From: Lingula anatina
Taxonomy: Eukaryota; Animalia; Brachiopoda
Reading direction: 5' to 3'
Length of the DNA stretch: 64,000 nt
Assembly: GCA_051362555.1 (NCBI GenBank)
Contig: CM120641.1
Coordinates: forward strand, 40,120,401-40,184,400
Made by a program: the position numbers and the translations under genes. Position 1 is the stretch's first letter; every line of letters starts with the position of its first letter. This document shows positions 39,301 through 54,300 of the stretch, one piece after another. Under the pieces are notes generated by a model. That model saw only the letters and a program-made list of their open reading frames with translations, was not told the DNA's origin and made no database searches.

Positions 39301-42300
39301 ACAATTGTTTAACCCTATTATTACCCAATTTATTATTACATTTCTTTTGGAGATTTTCATCTATCCATGTAGATGTATTCACCACAATGTCTCAGCACAT
39401 ATAATAACTCAAAGAGAGCAATGCACTTGAGAGCTAGTAAAACCTGTTGATGTTCTGCTCCTATTTCTCCTCCCACCAAATAAAACCAAACAAGAGAGAG
39501 TATACAAGGTCATTTTTTTATTTCTAGTCAGGGTTATACTCATCCTCAACTTGTGTCTCACACTACAGATAACACCTTCCCTTAAACAGCAGCTTAATCC
39601 CCACTAATATGACATGAGAACCAAAACAATCTGTGCATGTCAGGGGAGGAGATGAGGCTCCCCTTTCATGTTTTATTGAACCTACAATGTAAATCAATTC
39701 CCAAACTAAGTTAGCTATTGATATGGATTACCAACCAAAACAGAATTAGGATGATCGCTGTGAAGGTAATATGATTAAGGAATGTCAGATAATCTGTTCA
39801 GCCCAGTAAATCTGGCAGAATTCATAGCACACTCTCACTTGTTTGTAGTGAATAAACCGAAGGATATCTTCACTATCATTAATTCTCAGATTACTGAGAC
39901 CCTATTAACTAAATACATGCATCTCGTATCAAATAAAAGGGCAAAACCAGATCTTAATTCTGACTAGGACCCACCTACTGTAGCTTCTAATTTATTTTAA
40001 GTAACATTCAATAACAACTAGAGTTCATCTGGGTGGTACAATTATCACCAATAACTAAAATTATCCGAAATCGGGATTTATTTGATGTTACTATTTCTAA
40101 TCAATTTGCTTTTTTTCATCTAATAATAATGTCAGTATCACTGTGATGTCATGTGACACAATCTCTTCTTCATAGACATGCTCAGATGATGACACACACT
40201 TTAACTGTTCTCATCCAAAACAAACAAAAGTTTTATCAGGGCTTCAATTTTTTATGGCACTGAGGGATATCTGTGCACGGCAAGGTCTACTATCTGAGAG
40301 ACCCCACCGTGCGTCAGACATTAAATCCCAAAGGAGCAGATTCAGTCACCTGGGGAAGTAGTTGACTCAAAGCAGCTTAAGTCAGTCTGCATGTAAAGCC
40401 AGTTTTTACCCAGAACAGACTCTCCTGCCATGCTGGTGAATTATGACAGGAATCTGCCAGGGTGTTACACATTGATTCTTCTCCTTGTTTTTTTGGCCTG
40501 ATAACAGGACCTACCGATAAACTTCCCCTTTTCTTACTCACATTGGTAGACCAATTAATAAGACAGGCTTGATGCTTAAATAAATATTTTTTTGTTGTTT
40601 AACCCTGACAAAATCCTTATCTATTTTGCAAAAAAAAAAGGTCACTTAGGTAAACAAGTGAAAAAAGGTGATATTGGTAAAATAGTTAAGGTATTTCAGA
40701 GTAGGAAATACTGATTAATACTTCCATCACTTCCTGGAGTAGAAATAAGCCACAGCCCTAGCTACTAATTGAGCAGAACAATCTATTATCTTTCCTGACT
40801 AATGGATTATTGGGCAATAAAACATGGGGAGAAATGTGCCCATTCTCCATTCTGTCAGCAGAAAATGGGAGAATATTCCCTTTCTAATGTGTTCCACAAA
40901 TCTTAAGCTGTTCATTCATAAGACTCCACAGATCCATTTCCTCTCAGGGTTTAATGCCAGATTTGTAAAAAAAAATCTATCTGCTGTGAAGATTAATTGA
41001 AGTAAGTTAAGCTGTTAGATTACTGGGGACATATCCAAAACTTTTAAAACAGAACAAAAAAATCAAGAAATAACAAGGTTTAAAATGAATCAAATCATTT
41101 ATGTATTCAGTTTTATCTACACTATTTCAAGCTAATTCATTATTATCTTTAAAACCCTACTTTTCACTACATTATTTTTACATTCACGTACACACATGCT
41201 AGAGCATGCACATATGCACCCACAGACACAAAACTATTCACATTAAGTTTTTTATAAACCCTTTCATTTATTTACTGAATGACTTGGTCAACTACTTATT
41301 TATTCAGTTAATATTTATTTATTTAAAATATGCACTCAATTATTTAATTAGTCATCTATTCATTTCAATCTTTGTTTGCTTTTCAACATCATATTGTACA
41401 TTTACAATAAAGATTTATCTCATCCTTCTTACACTCCTGAATCATGTCCAATATTCGCTTCGTAACAATTGATGACATCTTTATAGGAAAGTCAATGAAG
41501 CAAACACATTTCTATTCCTGGTTTTAATTTTACTGACAGAACTTCTGTGAAAAGTAAATCTGCTGGCCACAGGGTTCTCTAAAAATCTGAACAAATTATT
41601 ACTGCTTCTTTTTCCATTAAAATGTTTGAAAAGAAAGGAAAATTGCCATAATTAACATTCAATACATAACACATAGCTTCATGATACTGTCATTATATCC
41701 AGATGTAAGTAATAAAAAACTGAAATTGCTCAAAGTGCTAACTACATATTATAAAAGATCTATCAAATACAAACTTAACCACTAGAAATTGTACTGTGTG
41801 AAAACAAAGGAAAAAGAGAGTGCTGGAATTTTGGGACTTAAGCCAGACAGATATTCCTGCATCCAGCTTTGTTGTAATATGTTGGGGTCATAGTGGTGAT
41901 TTCATGGCCAAATTACATTTTGTAAACTTCCTATTTTCTATCAAATGAGGTCAAAGTTTGGAAAAGATTGACAAAGTCAGTTATAATGATATTACTTGAA
42001 TCTTTAAATGCATTTTATTCATTAAAAAGAACTGTTGTCAAGTTTTAAAGGATGCTTTCAGTTGTAAAAGGATTGAGCAACTTTATTGGTGTTGGTGTTA
42101 AAATTAGTCTCAGTAAATTGTGTTAAAGGTCTGTAATAAATGTGTCTTACTTGGTTTCAATATCTCCATCTTTAGGAATCACTTTGATATATATTTTATG
42201 TGCTTCAGTTCATGTATAGTATATATATAGAATGGTTTGTATTGCCAGTAGAGTATAGAGCCAGTAGAAAAAGTTTATTCAGTAGCAATTATAACTTAGT

Positions 42301-45300
42301 GGTCCATGCTGCTTAAGGGGACTCCAAATATCTCAGCAAAACATACCAAAATATCTCTGGAAAACATACCAAAGCTGTTGTGGTAAATGTGCTGCTGGAG
42401 AATTAACCATTCTAAACATTCTAAAATATTCTAAAATATTGCCAAGCCTAATCTGACCCAAATGAAAATCAAATCAGTTCATCCTGGGTCTATTACCAAT
42501 GTACAAAAAAGTTTTGAAACAAAAATCTCTAAAATTGTGGCCTCTATCGCAGAACAAAAATTAGACAACAAACAGACCCACACACAAGCAAACCAATATG
42601 CTTGCAAAAAAATTTTCACAAGTAATTCTCTATTGAAGATTCTTCTGTTAGAGGAACGCCAAGAACTACATCAACAACGCAACACCACTGCAAAGTTCTC
42701 TTTCTACACCCTCCCTTTATTAATAAATGGGAGAGATCAGCTCACAGGATCTTGAATCAAATTGCAATAAATACCCTAATGTAAAAGGTGAAACTAATTT
42801 TACTGCTACGTGGGTGGAACTGCATCACTTCATGCATAACAAGTCAGTCAGGCCATAAAACACACTGATGGCTGAACACTTCCTGGAAAAGTGCTTCAGG
42901 ATCACAATGGCATTCTCTGAACCTAAGACTTGGAGTGCCCTCTTTTGGCCAGCATTTAGAGAAGGTTAATTTGTGAAATATCTATCAGGGTAAAGATGCA
43001 GACTCTGAGTGATAAAAATATATAACAGATTTGTATATTCTTTATTCAAAGCATGTAAACAAATTGTCCAGTAATGCAATTCTGCTGTGGTTGCCATTCA
43101 ACCACTCATAAATATCCTACCTCTTTTTTTTTAACCTGTAATTTGATCTCACTACTACAAGTCATGTAATCATGATGTATATGGCAATATTCAACATGAA
43201 CAGCCTGTCTGATTCACAAGGCTTGCTTTACCTAAGATGTGGTGTAATACAATATATGTTTATCAGCATTATGATGCCTTCATTAAGTTAAACCACTTAT
43301 TAAGTTAAACCACTTAAAATAAATGGATAAAATTTCACAAAGCACTTATGAAAGTCATGCTTTTTGGGATGACTCAAATTGCAAAATGTTGTTGGGTTTT
43401 TAAACCCTTATTTGGAAAATCCTTGAGTATATCCATAGCACATTAACTGGGCCCCTAGGAAAAAAGAAACTAACAAGCACCATAAAGCTGAGGAGCCAGT
43501 AAATCATTGAAGTCACTGCTACATAACTGAGATGGAAAATGATCAATGTATTTCAAAAATAACACGATTTCTTGCTTGTTTCTTATATATTAATGAGTAC
43601 TAAATTACGTTTCTGAATTTATTTATAGGAAAATCCAATTAACAATTATGAAATTATCAAATAATATGCTTCTATTTTTGTTTTCTCTATATCATCATTA
43701 CAAGATCGAGACTTTAGGTACAAGGCAGATTCCATATGACTCTAATTATCAAAATTAATCTTTACATTTAAGTCTATGAAAATCAATTTTGGTTTATTCA
43801 GTTCTTATATCCTCTCACAGAGCAATAATTTGTTCAATAGGAAGAACAAAACATATTAGACACAGTGCACTTACTGAGCAAGCCAGCAAACACATCCCTA
43901 GTACCTGCCACCTACTATGACAGGAATGTACCTATAACACTGTGAACAGCTAATATCCCACTCCGAATGATTTTTTTTTATTCTTTTTTTTAAGAAACAT
44001 TTCCTTACAATTCATTAGAAAATTTTCTCATGACGTATCTCTCACTGCATATTGCTGCATGAGTAATGATAAGAAAAGTGACTCCCTTTCATAAGTTCTC
44101 TGCAAGTTAATTAATTGCCTGTGTCAAGCGCTGGGGCTCCATTTAGGGACTCTCTTATGCTCTTATGTAATAGCCCAGCTTTTAAACACAGACAATATGT
44201 TAAACCTTTATAATTTATTAGCAAAAAAAAAAAAAAAAAAGAAGAAGAATTTTCGTGGAATTTGTGGAAATCATCAAAGTATACCCTATCCAAACTGTCA
44301 AGAAAATAAAGAGTTAAAAAGCCCTCTTTGAGTTCTATATAATAATTTTGGATGACACATTGTGCAAAATTCCCAGCTTTCATCTCTATTACCACTTCCA
44401 GAGCCTCATAGTGTCTCACAAGTTACTTATGGATAAACTACTAGCTGAGACACAGATATAACTGTAAGTTTTAAGATGGAGACAGTGGAGAAATTTATGG
44501 AATATGGTGCTAAGAAATGCTGAAAGAAAATGGCAGCCACTAGAGACAGAAAAACCCAGAAAATGGCAAGCAACTGGAAAAGAAGCACTCAAGCAGTCTA
44601 TTTGGCAGTGAGGTGGGCCATTGGGAAAAGTTTAAGAAAGTTTTGGAAATGAACAATCATGTAAAGTGAGAAATCAATAGTTTCTTTCCGCAAGCTTATT
44701 TCTCTGTTAGCAAAGAAAAATTAACCAAAAATACCCTGCATACCTTTTACAGAACATTATTGTGGTCCATAATTGCATTTATGTTAAATGGATGCAGATC
44801 ACAGTGAGAATTTTAAAAAAACATATTCATTTGGGACTTAAGGTGTGCTCACAATGAATCTTTCGCACTAGCTACTGTGCATTAATTCCACAGGGATTTT
44901 CACTAAATGCAATCAGATTAACAAAATAACATATCTCCTCTTGTTTCCAATGTATTTGTAAAATCACCAGCTTTTCTGTATTCTACCCTATTACAAACAA
45001 TATGCACACTTAGGATTTGAAGTTTTATCTGAACCTACCTTCTTTTATCCTAACCAGAATATTTTTGTCCTCGGCACCACTGGTGAAGTATCCCCCTTTC
45101 TCTAGGTCCCAGAAAAGCTGATCTTGTTTGTCCTGTAAATGATCTGCCCACGATAGCCACTGGTCATCGTAACATGCCTCATAAAGGTCGAGGAGACCAC
45201 GGATTAAAAATGCATAGTCATCAGAAAACCCATTGATAGGTGTGGGACTGAAAAATATTCATCAAATATAGTTCTGTTAAGTCACAGAAAAAAATCATGA

Positions 45301-48300
45301 AGCAATTTTTAAAAATCTTTTGTAATTTTTCATTCACTCATCCTTAATTGCTAAATTGTTTATTATAAATTCAAATTACCTTCCAAACAATGCTTTTTTT
45401 TCTCATCAAACTTCACTGCATAACAAAATACTCCTATTAATGTTATTTCTTAATGTTCTACTTAGTGTTCATTACAATTGCAGTATTGCAGTATGTGCAA
45501 TACTATAACAACTACATTCTTACCTTTGCTCCACTTTGTCTGCTTCACCACAGTAACTCGTCCTGAGTAACAACCCTGTCTCTGCATTATACATGTGTGT
45601 CTTCAAAAAACTGGCAGCTTTAATGGCACGGTCTGTGTACTTGCTCTCTCCCAGAACCTGTCCAGCTCGGGCAAACCCTGAGATCATCAGACCTGCAATA
45701 CACACAGTGACAGGGCCCATTTCCATTGGATATAGGTTGCCTTAACTTAGGCCCTTTTCACATTGAGGGCAATTTTGGAGCAATACCGTCTACAAAGGTA
45801 CTTGGAGCTCAGGTAAGGTGAGCTCATCAATTTGGACAGCCTGCTGACACTAGTCACAATATACTTCATCAATTCATTTTCACTATAAATAAGTCTATAA
45901 CATTCAAGTAAAAATATAAATTCTATTTTCAAAATTGTGCACCCAATAAAAAACAAAACTATTTCTTTCAACTGTAAAACTAAAAGAAACAAGGCAGCAA
46001 AGCTGTCAAATGTACAGACAAAAACAGGAAATAACTATGCACAAAATAGGCTACTGTCAATTCTGATGCAAAATTTTAATGATTGAATTTGACAAACTGC
46101 AATGATATGAGTTTATTTCCATTTTTTGCAACTTTATTACACAATACACGATAACAAGTTTACCATCATTTTTACATAATCAACTAATAATGTTGTAAAG
46201 ATGCAGGAAATGCCAAACAAACACTTTTACGTATCTTATTAATTAAATAATGAAACTGTTAACATGCGTAAGAAATGAATCTGAGGAAATGTGAAAAAAC
46301 GGCATTTCTTTGAAATAATGGCCCGATTAAGCTGATTTTTGAACTCAACCTGCGTTTTAGCAGGAATGACCACTCCTGTAAGTTTCATGACAATTGGCCC
46401 ATCTGTTTTTCTTATATTGTGTTTACAGTGTTGCATATATGCTGAAAAATGAAAAAACAGCATAACTACTAAAACAGTGGCCCGATCATGCTGATTTTCG
46501 AACTTGACCTGCGTTTTCATAAGACTGATTACTCCTGTGAGTTTCATGACAACAGGCCTAACGGTTTTCCTTAAAATGTGTTTACAGGGTTGCATATATG
46601 CTGAAAAAAGTGAAAAAACAGCATAACTTCCCTTAAAATGGCCCGATCATGCTGATTTTCGAACTTGACCTGCGTTTTATGAATATTCATCAGCTCTGTA
46701 AACATACAGCCAAAAAGTAAAACTGCCTTCCACTTATCATGTTTACAATGAAAGTGCACGGCGCCAGCGCCGGCGACAGTGACGGCGGCGACGGCAGATA
46801 CAGGTGATGGCAATATGTACAGACACATCTGTACATATTTACTGTACTGTTTGAGAACAGTAAGTGACATGGTTTATCTTAAATGGTCATCATGGGAGCA
46901 GTGCCCAAAATATTTTTTTTTTTTCAAATTTTGATGCAATATTACATTATGTTTAACAGCATAATGACCATCAATTTTAATAATAAAATATTAGTATCAT
47001 GGATATTCAGAAAATGTGACTAGCAAAGGTCTTCAGGCCCATATGGAACTTCAAAGTCACAACTTGAAAATGCCAAAATGTAAACAAGACAGCACTGTTC
47101 TGAAATGTTTTTTTTTTCATTTTTAACAATTTTTTAAACATAAAACAAAATTAACAGGTTATTGCCATCTTTATATGATCAACTAAGAAAATTGATGAGA
47201 TGGGGAAAAATATAAATACAACAGTGTTAAATGTCCAATTTCCTCCATTCTGAGATTCTAAACAAAGTGAATGATTGCATCTGACAAACTGCAATGATAT
47301 GAGTTTATTTCCATTTTTGAAACTTTATTACACAATACATGATAACAAGTTTACCATCAGTTTTACATAATCAACTAACAATGTTGTAAAGATACAGGAA
47401 ATGTCAACCAAACACTTTAACATGTCTTATTAGTTAAATAATGAGACTGTTAACATGCCTAAGAATTGAATCTGAGGAAATGTGAAACAAGACAGCACTG
47501 TTCTGACATGGGTTTATTTCCATTTTTAACACTTTTTTTAACATAAAATAAACAGTTTACTGCAATTTTTATATGATCAACTAAGAAAATTGATGAGATG
47601 GGGAAAATATCAATAGAATAGTGTTAAATGTCTAATTTCCTCCATTCTGAGATTCTGAACATAGTGAATGAATAAATCTGACAAACTGCAATGATATGGG
47701 TTTATTTCCATTTTTGACACTTTATTACACAATACACGATAACAAGTTTACCATCATTTTTACAAAATCAACTAACAATGTTGTAAAGATGCAGGAAATG
47801 TCAAACAAACACTTTTACGTATCTTATTAGTTCAATAATGAGACTGTTAACATGCCTAAGAGTTGAATCTGAGGAAATGTGAAAAAACAGCATAACTTCT
47901 AAAATAATGCCCCGATTATGCTGATTTTCGAACTTAACCTCCATTTTAGTAAGATTGACCACTACTGTGAGTTTCATGACAACAGGCCTAACGGTTTTCC
48001 TTAAAATGTGTTTACAGGGTTGCATATATGCTGAAAAAAGTGAAAAAACAGCATAACTTCCCTTAAAATGGCCCGATCATGCTGATTTTCGAACTTGACC
48101 TGCGTTTTATGAATATTCATCAGCTCTGTAAATATTAAGCCAAAAAGTGAAACTGCCTTCCACTTATCGTGTTTACAAGGAAAGTGCACGGCGCCGGCGA
48201 CGGCATCGGCATCGGCATCGGCATCGGCATCGGCGACGACAGACGCAGGTGATGGCAATATGTACAGACACATCTGTGTCTGTACATAAAAAAATGTTAC

Positions 48301-51300
48301 TTTTTTTTAACCTTTTAAGCATGTCTACAATGTGTACTATAAGTTGGCAGTCATGAACACTATGCCAACATAGAATATATATAACAGCAGGTGAGTGTAG
48401 AGCGCTATGCACTACCAGGAAAGTAACCTTTTGCTGATACAAATGTAGTACACACCATTCCAAGCTGTGAGCATTTTGTTATCAAGATGTGGCTTGGGTC
48501 TCTTCTTCCTAACCTCAAACAGCACCTGTTTACACTTTTCCAAAATGGCAGTCGTAGTAGCAAGGTCAAGATTAAACTGCTGGGCTGTTTCCTCCAGACT
48601 TCCAGTAACAATTAGAACATTCTGTTTCTTTAATTCATCATGTGGATCCTGTAACAAGTTTATAAAACCACGCAAATAATTTCAATACGACTGCTTTTAA
48701 CAATACACTTTATCTTTTTCAGTCATTTTTCTTACTTTTTCATGCATGTATGGATTAATTAGGTTCTTCAAATGCCACCATTTTAGATGCAATACAAATG
48801 TTACAAAAGGAAATATATCTAAAAGAATTGGCGCTTTGTATTGTCTTCAACCTGCATTTTGCAATATACATAAACATGTGGTATAAATATGACAAAATCA
48901 TTATCCTAAACACTATGAATTGTTCATCACTTCAAAGAATTTCAAAAAACATAAACATGTCACAAACATCGAATCTAAACAAAACTTAAAATCAGGTACT
49001 TTACTTTGTAAGGATCCACATTTCCCCCTGGTTTCACATCAAAATGCTTGCAGAAGACATCAGCCATGGTGACGTCTTCCTGTCCCTCCACACTGTCTCC
49101 TAGCAACTGCCTTATCTCTTCATCTGTCCAGACACAGAAGGCCCCTTCTTTCTTCTCGACATCCCCATGGTTTGGATAAGAGTCCGCGTCCTCTGCACTG
49201 TAAAACCCTCCAGACTGGACAAACACAGAAAATGTCAGGGTGAAAAAGTGCACACAAATGATGTATACACAAAATAAAAGTATTTTAAAAAGCATAAGAT
49301 GAAATTGAAAAAATATCAATTTCATAACTCAGATTGCTTGTTCAAGAAAGATTTTTTGATATGTAGTTTTATCTATAGTCTTACATTATTTAAAAGCTTT
49401 GAAATGAAAATTTGCATATTAAAAAGTTTTAAGAGATCTTTTTAAAGAATATCCTCACTGGATCACTTAGGTCACGCTCCACATACTGCAAGATGTCCCT
49501 GGCAATATCTGCAAATATTTCTTCTTTACTAAGCTTGAAATAAATAAATAAATAAATTCATGATTCTAAAAACAATGACTTGTCCAAATTCAAAACAAAA
49601 TTATCTTTATTTTCATATCAAAATTTTGCAATATGTGAATACAAATGCAGGGACAAATCACTTCATTATGATGTTATTCACAAAAAAAAAATTCACATAA
49701 CAGTAATAATAATAATAATAATAATACATTATGGGAAACCATGAAAATACCACACATAACAAACATAGTTCACCTGCTATGACCCACCTGATATGCATCT
49801 AAGTATGAGTGTGCCAGCTGTCCTTGGTCATATAACATCTTTTCAAAGTGGGGAACATGCCAATTAATATCAGTGGAGTACCGATGAAATCCCTTGAAAA
49901 AGAAACAATAAGTTAAAAACCTTTCAATCAGTGAAGTTAAGCTGAAAATTTTAAGTTAAAAACACGTCTCTTGAACTCTTCTTAAATGCAGGTTGTTGAT
50001 TCAATAAAATGACTTGTATATATTTTCAGGACAAAAAATACTGTACAATGATGCAGTATAATCCACAAAAGATGTTACAGTCATAAAACTATTTTAGCAG
50101 GAACAAAATATGCATAAATACTTACCTGGGCAACATGATCATGTATCCCTCCTTTTGCCATCATTCTGAGTGTATGGAGCGCCATCTTCTGGGCACTTTC
50201 TGCCTCGGCTGATGGGGACTTGCTTGCAACAACACGGAACAGGAAGTTGAAATTGACTGAAAAGAAAAAACAAGGATTTCCAAGTCTAACATGAAAAGTT
50301 TGATTGTGTATCTAATTTTGGACCCATAATGTCTTCAAGATGATAAATTCTTAGAATATCAATTATGATTAAAACTTGTAAGGGACATGGTAAAAACTGA
50401 AATCATTTTGATGTGTTCAGAACTATTTAATATTATAATTTGTTCTCTGTAAACTGCCTCTTCCCTTTGAAAAAGTAACAAACTTAATACAACCAAATTC
50501 TAAAAGAAACCATTTTCCCGCCAAAACCATATATATGACTATGTATGCAGCCTCACAGCTAACTCACCTGGCTGTGGAAATTTGGGCCCTTTCCCAAACC
50601 CTCCCATTGTGAAGTCATATGTCCTACACAGCATCTGCAGACATGTGTCCATGCACTGGTCACTGTCCAGTCTGACCTGGTCTTCTTGTGGAGTCTCCAG
50701 CTGTGTCATCTGCATCACTGCATCCACTATTTGAGTGCCCTGTCGCATTATCTTGTCACGGTTCATCTGCCACTGAATAGTTAAAGCAGTGAAAGGTTGT
50801 TGTCTTGAAAATCTTAAATGTATTGTAAAAATATGTACAATGGTTGCATTCTTTGAAATTTTCAAAACACATATGAGCACAATCAAAGATATTCTCCAGG
50901 TAAAAGTGACAAGTTGTTAAAACTTTTGTTTTCATAACAATTTGCAATAACATAATTTAATGAACAGGAGCAGCAAAACAAGCAAAACAGTATTACTAAA
51001 TCCATTTTTTTTTTCAAACTATGTATTATACCCTTGAGTTTTTTATTTTTAATATACACAGGGGCAGATCCAGAGATATTTTCTGACAGTCTTCCAAATT
51101 ATTTTTGTTGATCCATCCTCCAGTTTTTATATTAGAAAAAATAGATACCCATCATGTAAACTTGAAAATCTAACCGTCTTCTGGAAAACCAAGAAAACGG
51201 CCTCAATCTGCCCTTGATACACAATACAAACACCAAAACTAAAATACTACTATAATAAACACATATGTATACTAACTACCACAAGGATTTTACAAGTACC

Positions 51301-54300
51301 TACTCTATGTAATTCTAAAGATTCACATAACACATTCATATACCCATTAATTAGTAATACACTTTATTGGAGTTTTACCTGCTCAGACAAATTATTCAGA
51401 ATTGTCTTGAACCCTGGTCTGCCATAGTATCTGTCATCTGGAGGGAAGTAGGTGCCACCAACTATTGGTTTAAGATCTGGAGTTAGCCACACACTCATAG
51501 GCCAGCCTCCACTGCCACTGGTAGCCTGTCCAGGGGAGCAGAAATTTTTTACATGATCTGATAATACATTGGCATGGATGAAATTTGTAAAAAAAACTGT
51601 AAATCCTGAAATCCTAGCTTGCAATTTCTCGTGGCATTCAGACCATATGAAAAAAGATCAAATTTAAGATTGAATATCCTGAAATCAGGCATAATCCTGA
51701 TCCTGTCACCCATGTGCATAGGCCACTTCATGTATTTGCCTGAAATGAACTGTCATCATACTTCAATAAAACATCATGGTATTTATGTATAAATAGTTGA
51801 AAGAAAGCCAAGAGCAAAAGACAGCATTATTTAACTTAATGAGTCAAGATGGACTGTAAATATCCTCGGTAAAAATATAACAGGTGTTTGCTGGTAAAAT
51901 CTGCTTATAAGAGACAATTTCATTCAAGTTTAATTTCTTGTTGAAGTCAGCACCTGTATAAAAGTCATATACATCTTGTCCACATCTGGCCTCTCCTCTC
52001 TGTCAACCTTGACACAGACAAAATTGTCACTCATTATCTTGCCTATTTCTTCATTTTCAAACGATTCTCTCTCCATCACATGACACCAGTGGCATGTAGA
52101 ATAGCCCACTGAAAAAATATAATAATAGTTTTGTTTCAACTAGACATGCTAAACTTCAATCTTTTGTTAAATTCACATAAGAGCATTGCTTTAGACCACC
52201 ATTCCACTTAAAAGTATTTTCAGTCTATATGTAATCAGTTTATGTGTAATAACTGTATATTACCATGCCATTAAGTATAAATTTTACACCCACCTGATAG
52301 AAAAATCATCTTATTTTCTTCTCTAGCCTTCTTAAATGCTTCCTCTCCCCATGGAAACCTATGAATATTTGATGTATTAGAAAGGCACAATTGATATTAT
52401 AATGATATTACAGTGATATGAAAAGCCTTAGAACATATTGTCTTTCGTGTACATGTACATGTACATGTGGCCTAGCTCTTGTAAAACCCCAACACACCAT
52501 CAAAAACCATGTGTGGGAAAAAACAGATTTTAAAGCCCCCTTTCAAAGTATATATATATACATAATGCTGGCAATCAATAAAAGATCAAATCTGATACCA
52601 CCTCTCCTTCTTAACCTAAGCATCTGCTTTAATACAGGCAATTTCATTGAAGGCACTGTGAGATAATGCAGTAAGATGACTCTAATAGATAACAAGTAAA
52701 TGTATGATAAACAAAATGTACTTATAAAATTTGTGATTTAAAAAATCAAACCATGCCCATCTTTGTATATAACCTCCATAACCAAGGGATTATTCGGGGC
52801 CATGAAATCACAAGAATTACTTATTTAAAACAGCAAACAGTTTGACAAATGGTGTAATAAATTTCATGGAATGAAAGATCTCGCATCTTTTTTAATGAAA
52901 TGGAAACCCAGTGTCACAGAATACAGCTTGATATTTAGGTAAATACTAGTTAACATTTTTACAGCCAGAAATGACGTTACAATAATTATAATTAGCTACA
53001 ACTTTGACAAAACAGTCTTCCTATCTCCTAATACACAATTATTACAAATAGCCTGTACTTGTGGCTATTACTCCTTTTGCACGCACTTCACGAAACAGCA
53101 GCATTAAATAATGTACAGCAGGCGGTAAATGCACATAAAAGCCCATGACCTTCACCCGGCTCTCCAAAGTTCTGCAAAGAAGGAGTTGTTGTGGTTTCAA
53201 GCATTTTTGGTGCTAGAATAATAATGCTTCCAAAGAAGAAACTACGACCACTGACCAATGAAAGTTTATTAGCTTTCTTCCAACCGCAAACATGACAATA
53301 AATCAAGACGAGAGACAAATCAGACCAACCCGGCCCGGCCCAGCCACACGTGCGGATGATGACTCTGAACATAAGGCTGATAGTGATATCAATCCCCTGG
53401 GATGTCAGTGAAGCGAGTCAAGCATCAACTGTCACAGTGAAATACAGGATATATGGAAATACACAAACAGTTGGCTCTGGTATAACACAGAGAAAAACGA
53501 GATGTTTTGTTCAATTTGCCGTGAACATGGCAGTAATAATACCATGGCCAGAGGAACCAATAATTTCAGAACCGCTACACTTGTTCAGCACATTGCATCG
53601 GCAGATCACCAAAATACATGCAAAATCCCTCTTCAGCAAAAAGACATGAGAGCAGCATTTTACAATGCGACAACTAAAAAGGAGAGAGCAGTCACTTGTG
53701 GCCATGAATGTGGTGTATTGGATGGCCAATGTGGTGTATTGGATGAAAAAACATTTAACACATTTAAGTATTAAAACTACATTTTAAAATGTTACAAATA
53801 ATTGAACACACTTTTTACTGATCAGATAAAATCTAACAAGGCTATCTGTGTTGTGTTTTCAATTTATTTCAAACTTGCAACAAAGCTTAATATTACTGTT
53901 GGTGACATAGCAACCTTAACAAATGATGGTAACTCTATGTAAAAATTGGGGTCATGTCGATACTCCCCCGCACCATTACTCCCCCGCACCGTTACTCCCC
54001 CCCCCACCGATAATCCCCCTTAGTAATTTTTTGTATTATGCGCATCAATACGACCCCACACTGATAGATCCCCATACCGATACTTCCCCGCACCGATACT
54101 CCACCTCAGGAAGTATTGGTGCGGGGATGTACCGGTGGGGGGACGTATCGATATGTAACCTAAAAATTTATCCAAGATCATCCAACTTTGTTCCACTCAC
54201 CAGTCCACTGGATTTGAAGCATGCTGCAGCAAGTAGGGCGACTTCTCCAGGGCAAGTCTGTTTTGTTTCCTTTGGGAATCACTAGATGTACTGGCAAATG

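Noticed and set aside
46239-48463. ORFs of 70-118 aa with repeated [12 protein letters not shown] and poly-AD/RH tracts
   Set aside because: They are translations of the Helentron core repeats and its microsatellite.
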